From positions 1-30,817 of the forward strand of contig JBLFWS010000022.1 in the NCBI GenBank assembly GCA_047611865.1: a stretch of DNA of 30,817 bases. Reading direction: 5' to 3'. The position numbers and the translations under genes are program-made. Each line of letters starts with the position of its first letter. Within the stretch, counting starts at the first letter, position 1. Shown here piece by piece: positions 9,696-16,787 of the stretch. The notes below the pieces were generated by a model that was given only the letters and a program-made list of their open reading frames with translations, ran no database searches and was not told the origin of the DNA. Origin of the DNA: Chlamydiales bacterium. Lineage in GTDB: Bacteria; Chlamydiota; Chlamydiia; Chlamydiales; JBDQID01.

Positions 9696-9782
9696 TTAGC
9701 GCACAATGACGGGAGTTGGCGTAACAAAAGTCGCCATAATAATTGAGCTAATAATCGCATTGTTAGTAGAAAGGTATTTCAT
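9696..9782 (-). CDS. Putative brnQ leader peptide (28 aa, Ile/Val-rich)
   Basis: MKYLSTNNAIISSIIMATFVTPTPVIVR*, with 5 Ile, 3 Val and 1 Leu. Ends 136 nt upstream of brnQ on the same strand. A GC-rich gtgcgctaacgcgcgcat segment spans the stop codon. Confidence 0.6.
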   Translation of the reverse strand: MKYLSTNNAIISSIIMATFVTPTPVIVR

Positions 9783-9941
9783 AAATTTGGCACTCGCTTC
9801 TGTATTTCTTCCGAAAGACAATAACATCCAACCCTTAAAATGTCAAGTTCAGGTCCGAATCCTACAAAATGCCTAAAGAATCTCATACTTTTAACCGAAT
9901 ATGTAAGTGTTTACTTATACATATGTATTTTTGAGGTCAAA

Positions 9942-10367
9942 ATGCAAGATGCTGTACTAATTGTAGAAGATGATATAGCTACTCAAAAATTTTTAGAAAA
10001 AGTCGTTCTGCACTGTGGTTATGGGTCAAGAATAGCCTCAAATGTTGATCAAACAAGGACAATTCTAGCTTGTTTTATCCCTAAACTGATTCTTTTAGAC
10101 ATAGGCCTTCCCGGAGTTGACGGCCTGACAATAGCGAAACAGCTCCGTAGAATCCCTCAGCTAGAAGAAATCCCCATAATTGTCATATCAGGCAACATCA
10201 ATGTCGTAGAATTTGATATGCGGGAAGCCATCCGTAATTCAGGAGTAAACGACGTGGTAGATAAGCCTATTAACGCCGAGAGACTTATCGAAACAATTGG
10301 AAAGTACCTTCCCATCAAAGAAGCTGAAAAGGTCGAAGAGGAAGAAGAGGAAGAAGAAACTGAATAA
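9942..10367 (+). CDS. Single-domain response regulator (receiver) with acidic tail
   Basis: VLIVEDD, ILLDIGLPGVDG, IPIIVISG and DKP motifs. Start moved to ATG 9942 (GAGGT RBS). Ends EEEEEEETE. Confidence 0.9.
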   Translation: MQDAVLIVEDDIATQKFLEKVVLHCGYGSRIASNVDQTRTILACFIPKLILLDIGLPGVDGLTIAKQLRRIPQLEEIPIIVISGNINVVEFDMREAIRNSGVNDVVDKPINAERLIETIGKYLPIKEAEKVEEEEEEEETE

Positions 10368-10389
10368 ATCCCTCAAATTAAAGGGTACT

Positions 10390-11121
10390 ATGAGCGTAAA
10401 AGAAAACAAAGAATCTGTAAATGACGACGACCTCGGCTCATTATTCCGCTTTCTAAATACGGTATTTCATAATTTAAAAAGTCCAATCGGAGCCATGATA
10501 TCTTATACCTCAGCCCTTAAAATGGGTATTGATGGGGATGTCAATGAAAAGCAAATGGAATCACTCGAAATGATCATGAAATCTGGCAGTAATGCTATTA
10601 ATATGATTCAAAGTATTCGTGAAATCTCACAGCTCAAATCTGGTGTCCTCCAAATTGAAATAGATACAGCTGATATCAATGACCTTATCCGCTACAGCAT
10701 TGAAGATTGCCAAAAATCTGCGAAAGAAAAAGGCCTGGAAATTAAGGAGAACCTCCCCGAAGAAGAATTACTCGCAAATGTAGACTCAAAACAGATCATG
10801 CGAGCCATTAACCTTCTACTCACCAACGCTATAGAATATACCTCTGAAGGCTGGATAATACTTGAGGCTAAAAAAAATGAAGACTCCACCATAGACATTG
10901 TAGTCAAAGACACAGGAAAGGGCATAGAAGAAGACGATATCGAATCCATTTTACATGCTTATGATAATGAATCCGATAAAGAGGGAAAACAATACGCAAA
11001 AAAAGGTTTTGGACTTCTACTCACAAGATTGATCGTTGAAGAGCATAAAGGACAAATTTCCGTTTCCAGCGTAGTGAACGAAGGTAGTTCATTTACGATT
11101 AGTATCCCCCAAAATCTTTAA
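10390..11121 (+). CDS. Histidine kinase (HisKA + HATPase) without a sensor domain
   Basis: H box FHNLKSPI, N box NLLTNAIEY, G1 DTGKGI, G2 KGFGL. Likely start ATG 10390 (AAGGG RBS). Confidence 0.9.
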   Translation: MSVKENKESVNDDDLGSLFRFLNTVFHNLKSPIGAMISYTSALKMGIDGDVNEKQMESLEMIMKSGSNAINMIQSIREISQLKSGVLQIEIDTADINDLIRYSIEDCQKSAKEKGLEIKENLPEEELLANVDSKQIMRAINLLLTNAIEYTSEGWIILEAKKNEDSTIDIVVKDTGKGIEEDDIESILHAYDNESDKEGKQYAKKGFGLLLTRLIVEEHKGQISVSSVVNEGSSFTISIPQNL

Positions 11122-11158
11122 TCTCTAATTATACCATTTTCTTACACACTGCACCGAT

Positions 11159-11323
11159 TATACCAATCTCGTGTCAAATTTGTGATTTTTTGAGCTAGAA
11201 AATTTTCTGACTGGCTAAGTATAGAGTTCTCCATAAACATAGGTATGTTATTGAGATCGAACACGACGCCCGGCAAGAAAAGATCAGCTCACAATGCTTA
11301 AAATTTGATACGAGGTTGGTATA
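11159..11323. mobile_element. 165-bp MITE-like palindromic element
   Basis: Terminal inverted repeats tataccaatctcgtgtcaaattt and aaatttgatacgaggttggtata (21/23 match), TA ends, inner gagct/agctc. Lies between convergent genes. Confidence 0.7.
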
Positions 11324-11350
11324 TCCCACTGAGACCACAAAAAAGTATGA

Positions 11351-12220
11351 CTACATATGGATAGGGTATTCAGTGGATCTTAAATCGTATTTTTTTTTCA
11401 AATACATTGTTAAATCTCCTGCTTCGCCATCTCCAATCTTCAATCCATCGATCTCTACTAAAGGCATAACTCCCAGCAGGCTATTGCTAAGAAAGGCTTC
11501 TTGGACAAAAGGTAAGTCTCTAATTTCGATAGCTTCAAAAACTATCGCTAGGTCTATTTTTTGAGCCACCTCAATAATAATCTGTCTAGTTACACCAGCT
11601 AATGTTCCTTCATTAATGTCAGAGGTGAAAAGCTTTCCCCCTTTTAAGAAAAACACATTCGCAGCGCTTGCTCCTACAATCTTACCTTTAGAATTAAGAA
11701 GAAGAGCTTCATCTTTAGAACTTTTAAAAGCCTCTTGCTTTGCCAGCACATTGTCCAAATAACAAAGACTTTTTATCCGTGAAAGAGGTGAATACTCATT
11801 GCGGCGAATACTTGCTATTATGGCAGAGAACGCCTCTTTCTTAGGAGCTTGATAGGGACATGCTGTCAAAAATAATCTAGGTGATGGGGATTCAGGCGGG
11901 AGTAAACCACGAGGTCCCGCTCCCCTTGTTACCGTTAGGCGCAGGGTAGCTTCTGCTCTCTCAAGTTTATTAGCTTTCAAGACCTGCTCAACGGCAGTCT
12001 CTAATAATTCAAAGCTCAAGAAGCGAGGAATATCTAAAACAGATAAGCCTGCATTGAGGCGATCCCAATGCATCAAAAGGTAAGGAATGCTGCCCGAGAA
12101 AGAATGAATGGTTTCAAATAATCCATCTCCTAAGAGAAAGCCACGATCCTTAATATCCAAGTGTAAATCATCTGATGGAACAATCCGGTCCTGAAAATAC
12201 ACGTAGTCCACTTTACGCAC
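11351..12220 (-). CDS. pabC: Class IV aminotransferase, probable aminodeoxychorismate lyase
   Basis: DRGFLLGDGLFETI, HWDRL, LRLTVTRG, IKSLCY (PLP lysine) and LAGVTR motifs. Last gene of the pabB-pabA operon, overlapping pabA. Confidence 0.8.
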   Translation of the reverse strand: MRKVDYVYFQDRIVPSDDLHLDIKDRGFLLGDGLFETIHSFSGSIPYLLMHWDRLNAGLSVLDIPRFLSFELLETAVEQVLKANKLERAEATLRLTVTRGAGPRGLLPPESPSPRLFLTACPYQAPKKEAFSAIIASIRRNEYSPLSRIKSLCYLDNVLAKQEAFKSSKDEALLLNSKGKIVGASAANVFFLKGGKLFTSDINEGTLAGVTRQIIIEVAQKIDLAIVFEAIEIRDLPFVQEAFLSNSLLGVMPLVEIDGLKIGDGEAGDLTMYLKKKYDLRSTEYPIHM

Positions 12221-12848
12221 TTACCAAGTCAGCATGTGACTCTTCTTCAAAAAATTGTACTTCGTCAAAGCCTTTTGACTCCCCTGCATCTTGTAAAAAG
12301 TGGCGCAGCAAGTCATAGCCCCTTTTTGTTAAAATCGATTCTGGATGAAATTGTAATCCATAAACGGGATACTTATGATGCCGTAACGCCATGATCTCCC
12401 CTTCCACATTATGAGCTGTGGCAATCAAATCACAGGGAAGGCTCTCGCTCTCAACCACAAGTGAGTAATAACAAGCCACCTCCATGGGACTTTCCAGGTC
12501 CTGGAATAAAGAACTTTCCTCATGCCGAATCATCGTCGTTCTGCCATGTAAAGGTCGTTTTGACCGTATCACTCTACCCCCATAGGCCTGTCCAATAGCT
12601 TGATGACCCAAGCAAACTCCTAGAATGGGAATGCTGGGACCGAAGCGCTGGATAAGATCCAAGGATATCCCTGCTTCGTCTGGAGTGCATGGACCAGGGG
12701 AAATAATGATATGTGAAGGACCCATAGCTGCTATTTCGTCCAGAGTAATCTCATCATTTCGAACAACCACCCGTTCATATCCCAACTCCCCCACATAGCG
12801 GCCGAGGTTGTAGACAAAGGAATCATAATTATCAATGAGTAGTATCAT
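12213..12848 (-). CDS. pabA: Aminodeoxychorismate/anthranilate synthase component II (glutamine amidotransferase)
   Basis: MILLIDNYDSFVYNL, IIISPGPCTP, GVCLGHQ and QFHPES motifs. ATGA overlap with pabB. Confidence 0.92.
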   Translation of the reverse strand: MILLIDNYDSFVYNLGRYVGELGYERVVVRNDEITLDEIAAMGPSHIIISPGPCTPDEAGISLDLIQRFGPSIPILGVCLGHQAIGQAYGGRVIRSKRPLHGRTTMIRHEESSLFQDLESPMEVACYYSLVVESESLPCDLIATAHNVEGEIMALRHHKYPVYGLQFHPESILTKRGYDLLRHFLQDAGESKGFDEVQFFEEESHADLVSA

Positions 12849-14263
12849 GACTTTTTAACCTGTTTTAGCAGTGTTTCACGCAAAGCCCATGCTTTGTCCA
12901 AGGTCTCTTCGTATTCTGAAGCTGGATCAGAGTCTGCGACAATAGCCCCACCAGCTTGAAAGGTCACCCTATTATTTTTTATAGCGTATGTTCTAATCGC
13001 AATGGATATATCCATGTTTCCGTTGAAGCCCAAATATCCTATACTTCCACAATAAGGTCCTCGCTTATTGGGTTCCAATTCAGCAATAATTTCCATGGCT
13101 CTGACTTTTGGCGCTCCAGAAATAGAACCTCCGGGAAAGGATACTTTCAAGAGGTCCAGAGAGTCAAACTTTTTTTTCATCTTTCCAGAAATCGTGGAAA
13201 CAAGTTGATGAACAGTAGCGTAGCTTTCCAAGCCACATAACTGACTGACTTTCACGCTCCCATCAGCACAAACCCGGGAAAGGTCATTGCGCATCAGGTC
13301 CACAATCATGATATTTTCAGCTCTGTCTTTTTCACTGGAAAGAAGATTTGAGGCATTCCTCTGATCCTCCTCTTCAGTCTTACCTCTAGGCCTGGTTCCC
13401 TTAATAGGCCGTGTTTCTACTAGCCCATTAACCACCTTCAAAAACCTTTCTGGAGAAGCTGAAGCTATCACAGAATTTGCCATATTCACATAAGCTGCAA
13501 AAGGAGCCGGATTCAACTGACGTAGTCGCCGATATAACTGAAAAGCCTTAAGACCTTCCGGTAAAGGAGCTGAAAAGCGCTGAGACAGGTTAACTTCAAA
13601 AACATCGCCTGCATAAATATAGTCTATTACCTGCTGTACAGACTTTTCATAAGAATCACGCTGAAAATTACTTATAATTTCTTTTTCCATACAAACAAAT
13701 GGAGGAATATCTTGCAGAGCTTTCACATTTTTAATTTTATTAGCTAATTCTTCAAAACGTCTTTGAGCCCTCCGCTTCCTTTCTTCAGGATTTTTCTCGG
13801 GATACCCACTAGAGAAAATCCATGACCGTTTTTCCCTATGGTCAAAAGCTAATAGTAAATCATAAAACCCAAGAGCCATATCGGGGAACTGCATATCGTC
13901 TAATTCCGCTACGGGTAGTCGTTCCAGATAGTTACAGAGGTCATAAGAAAAAAAGCCAGCAACACCACCCTGAAATGGAGGAAGTCCCGTTAGGGTCTCA
14001 AGAGGATAATCAGCCAATAAATCTTGTAAGACAGAAAAGGGATCATTACGGGATAGCTTCTTATTAATTTTAACTAGACCATCTTTACATGTGAGTGTAG
14101 TAAAAGGGTCAACGGCAATAAAACTATAACGAGAGTTCACCTCCATTATACGAGCACTATCGAGAAACACTGCGCCATCGTCCTCTGAGAAAATAGAGAA
14201 TACTTTCAAAGGATCCTGAAAGGAGATTTCATAAGCTATAGGAATGACTGGATTACTTTTCAT
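12845..14263 (-). CDS. pabB: Aminodeoxychorismate synthase component I
   Basis: FLDSA, PPFQGG, NPAPFAAY, SPERFL, TRPIKGTRPRG, KDRAENIMIVDLMRND and SFPGGSISGAPK motifs. Operon context includes a pabC-like gene. Confidence 0.92.
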   Translation of the reverse strand: MKSNPVIPIAYEISFQDPLKVFSIFSEDDGAVFLDSARIMEVNSRYSFIAVDPFTTLTCKDGLVKINKKLSRNDPFSVLQDLLADYPLETLTGLPPFQGGVAGFFSYDLCNYLERLPVAELDDMQFPDMALGFYDLLLAFDHREKRSWIFSSGYPEKNPEERKRRAQRRFEELANKIKNVKALQDIPPFVCMEKEIISNFQRDSYEKSVQQVIDYIYAGDVFEVNLSQRFSAPLPEGLKAFQLYRRLRQLNPAPFAAYVNMANSVIASASPERFLKVVNGLVETRPIKGTRPRGKTEEEDQRNASNLLSSEKDRAENIMIVDLMRNDLSRVCADGSVKVSQLCGLESYATVHQLVSTISGKMKKKFDSLDLLKVSFPGGSISGAPKVRAMEIIAELEPNKRGPYCGSIGYLGFNGNMDISIAIRTYAIKNNRVTFQAGGAIVADSDPASEYEETLDKAWALRETLLKQVKKS

Positions 14264-14393
14264 AAAATTTTCTACTATATAAGAAGCTGTCGAGAAGGAG
14301 ATTTTAAAGATGCTACGAGATAGAAAGGAAACAGACTACAAAATCGAGAAAAAAATCACAACGAAGGAATCAGGCAAAGCGGAGGAAATCAGA

Positions 14394-14549
14394 TTAGGAC
14401 GCTTGCCCCTCCCACCAGGAGAGCTGTTCTTTAACTTTATCCGTTAAGGGTTTCTTGGTAATACTCAAAGTTTTCTTAAGAACAGAAACGACATGTCCAA
14501 ATAGCTGGTTTTCAGAAGTACTTTGCACTTCTCTCTGGCGTTGTTGCAT
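14394..14549 (-). CDS. Putative Trp-Trp leader peptide upstream of pabB (51 aa; start uncertain)
   Basis: MQQRQREVQSTSENQLFGHVVSVLKKTLSITKKPLTDKVKEQLSWWEGQAS*. Tandem TGG codons at 14412-14417, followed by a 130-nt C/U-rich spacer to the pabB ATG. Confidence 0.5.
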   Translation of the reverse strand: MQQRQREVQSTSENQLFGHVVSVLKKTLSITKKPLTDKVKEQLSWWEGQAS

Positions 14550-14652
14550 GGTGCAACAAAGCCCTTCTCTCTTTCCAGTATTCGATAGAGATTGCTTGCC
14601 ACTGGCGTTGTTACATAAAACATGCGTCTACAAGAGGCTTATGATTAAAATT

Positions 14653-14774
14653 TTACCACCGAGATCACAGGGGGCACAGAGAAAATAAAAAATCACAGAT
14701 CAGTTGATAGCATATTCTGAGAGACTTTATGCATTTTTCTATCTCTCTGTGTTCTCGGTGCTCTCTGTGGTTAA
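14653..14774. repeat. REP-like inverted repeat pair (CACAGAG-type)
   Basis: Left arm ttaccaccgagatcacagggggcacagaga and right arm tctctgtgttctcggtgctctctgtggttaa are imperfect reverse complements around an AT-rich spacer. Confidence 0.6.
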
Positions 14775-14782
14775 ATAAATGG

Positions 14783-14941
14783 TACAGTGCACCCACATAG
14801 GTAACACTTTCCAGCACCGACATAGGTAACACTTTTTCTTAAAATAGGTAACAATCAAAGCCATGGTAAACAATCTTTTAGAGGTGTGACATGGCATGGG
14901 AGCTTAAGAAAGTGGAAGAACAAAGAAAACAGTTGATCTAA
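14783..14941 (+). mobile_element. IS481-family left-end remnant
   Basis: cataggtaacacttt at 14796 and 14821 plus ataggtaaca at 14844, then GAGG RBS and ATG 14891 giving MAWELKKVEEQRKQLI*. This resembles the MPW...V.EQR N-terminus of IS481 transposases, truncated. Confidence 0.65.
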
Positions 14942-14980
14942 AGATTTTAAAATAAGAAGTGCTTGTTACAAGCCTCAGTC

Positions 14981-15016
14981 AAAAAAAAACTAGCGCGAGC
15001 TTAAAGGCTCGCGCTA
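14981..15016 (-). terminator. Rho-independent terminator of the aldehyde dehydrogenase gene
   Basis: tagcgcgagc-ttaaag-gctcgcgcta 10-bp stem followed on the minus strand by a 9-nt U tract. Confidence 0.85.
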
Positions 15017-15022
15017 AAGAAT

Positions 15023-16636
15023 TTAATCGCCGAACTTTACCCCTTGGGCCAAAGCTGGAGCTGTTTTACCGTAGTATGTGGTGCTTGTCTGTCTTCTCAT
15101 GTAATTTTTCCATGAATCAGTACCAGACTCTCTTCCGCCACCAGTCTCCTTTTCACCACCAAAAGCGCCACCTATTTCAGCTCCGCTAGTGCCGATGTTA
15201 ACATTAGCAATTCCCGTATCGCTATTTTGACGGAAGTACTCTGCATCACGAACGTCTGTTGTAAAAATTCCAGAAGAAAGCCCTTGTGGAACATCATTAT
15301 GCATAATCATAGCCTCTTCCAAAGAGTCATAAGGAATAACGTAAAGTATTGGAGCAAAAGTTTCTTTCTTCACGATTTCTGTCTGCACAGCCATTTTCAC
15401 CAAAGCTGGAGCAACATAGTAGGCATTAGGGTAATCCTCCGCAAACATACGATTGCCGTAGAAAACCTTACCGCCTTCTTCTTTAGCTTGCTCCAATGAT
15501 GCTTTCATAGCCTCAAAAGAATCCTTGTCTATCAATGGCCCCACCAAAGCCTTTCCATCGAGAGGGTTACCTATTTTATTTTCCTGAATATCATGGTAGG
15601 CAGTCAGGAGTTTGTCAGAAAGGGTGTCGTAAAGAGACCTATGAACAAAAAGCCTTCTTGTTGAAGTACAGCGTTGTCCAGCTGTTCCTACTGCGCCAAA
15701 TAAAATGGATGGAAGAGCAACGTTTAGATCTGCTGATGGAGCGACGATAATCGCATTATTACCTCCAAGCTCCAAAAGTGAGCGTCCAAAACGGCTAGCG
15801 ACCTTTGGACCAACAATCCCACCCATGCGGCAACTTCCTGTAGCACTGATAAGGGGGATGCGTCTATCACTAACTAACCTTTCACCCACTTCAGCATCAC
15901 CAATAACGACTTGAACGAGAGCGTCAGGAACTTTTTCACCACTTATCTTTTCGTACTTTTTAACAGCCTTTTGAAAAATCCCGAGGCAAGCGATAGCTGT
16001 GAGAGGAGTCTTCTCTGACGGCTTCCAAATAACACTGTCTCCACAAGTTACTGCAAGTGCAGTATTCCATGCCCAAACAGCTACAGGAAAGTTAAACGCA
16101 GAAATAACACCTACAGGACCAATAGGATACCAGTTTTCAGACATTACGTGTTCTGGTCTCTCAGAAGCTATAGTCAAACCATAAAGTTGGCGAGAAAGGC
16201 CTACAGAGAAGTCACAGATGTCAATCATCTCCTGTACTTCCCCTTTGCCTTCTTCTAGTATCTTTCCGCATTCTCGAGAAACCAACGTTCCCAATTCTAG
16301 TTTATGAGCTCGTAACTCCTCTCCAAAAATTCTAATAAGCTCGCCACGCTTAGGAGCGGGAACAGTTCGCCATGCTTCAAATGCTCGGATTGAATTATCG
16401 ATCATTCCATCAAGTTCTTTCACGGAATGAGTACGAATACTGGCTATTTCTTTTCCATCAATTGGTGAAATGACTGTCAAAGAATCACCCGCATACTCTG
16501 TAAGATCTACACCCATAGCGTTTAGTAGGTGCGGAAGCTTCTGTTTTTCGGTTAGGGCTTCAACATTTGATAAGGGGGATACCATCATGGCAATTACTCC
16601 TAGTAACGAAATGAATTTTTGAATTGACAACTTCAT
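15023..16636 (-). CDS. ALDH7-family aldehyde dehydrogenase (piperideine-6-carboxylate/aminoadipate-semialdehyde dehydrogenase-like)
   Basis: GEVQEMIDICDFSVGLSRQLYG, ISAFNFPVAVWAWN, LELGGNN, GTAGQRCT and GAEIGGAFGGEKETGGGRESG motifs. Start ATG 16636 with AAGGAG RBS. Confidence 0.93.
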   Translation of the reverse strand: MKLSIQKFISLLGVIAMMVSPLSNVEALTEKQKLPHLLNAMGVDLTEYAGDSLTVISPIDGKEIASIRTHSVKELDGMIDNSIRAFEAWRTVPAPKRGELIRIFGEELRAHKLELGTLVSRECGKILEEGKGEVQEMIDICDFSVGLSRQLYGLTIASERPEHVMSENWYPIGPVGVISAFNFPVAVWAWNTALAVTCGDSVIWKPSEKTPLTAIACLGIFQKAVKKYEKISGEKVPDALVQVVIGDAEVGERLVSDRRIPLISATGSCRMGGIVGPKVASRFGRSLLELGGNNAIIVAPSADLNVALPSILFGAVGTAGQRCTSTRRLFVHRSLYDTLSDKLLTAYHDIQENKIGNPLDGKALVGPLIDKDSFEAMKASLEQAKEEGGKVFYGNRMFAEDYPNAYYVAPALVKMAVQTEIVKKETFAPILYVIPYDSLEEAMIMHNDVPQGLSSGIFTTDVRDAEYFRQNSDTGIANVNIGTSGAEIGGAFGGEKETGGGRESGTDSWKNYMRRQTSTTYYGKTAPALAQGVKFGD

Positions 16637-16787
16637 GGATTGCTCCTTTGTCTTTTCGAATCCCCAACATAATGCCAAAATTTTGAATTTACTAACATCA
16701 GGAGTTGAAAAAAAACAGAATGAATAAGATCGATCAGAATACACAGTATGAACAAGGCGTCCATACTGTTATTATATTACGGCAAAT

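Noticed and set aside
9788..9803. TGGCAC as a sigma54 -24 box
   Set aside because: No TTGC at the required -12 spacing.
14796..14853. Three ataggtaaca repeats as a mini-CRISPR or iterons
   Set aside because: Spacers are only about 10 nt. Better explained as IS481 subterminal repeats before a truncated transposase start.
16637..16744. N-terminal extension of the ALDH ORF from GTG 16744
   Set aside because: A strong AAGGAG RBS precedes ATG 16636, and the extension looks non-coding.
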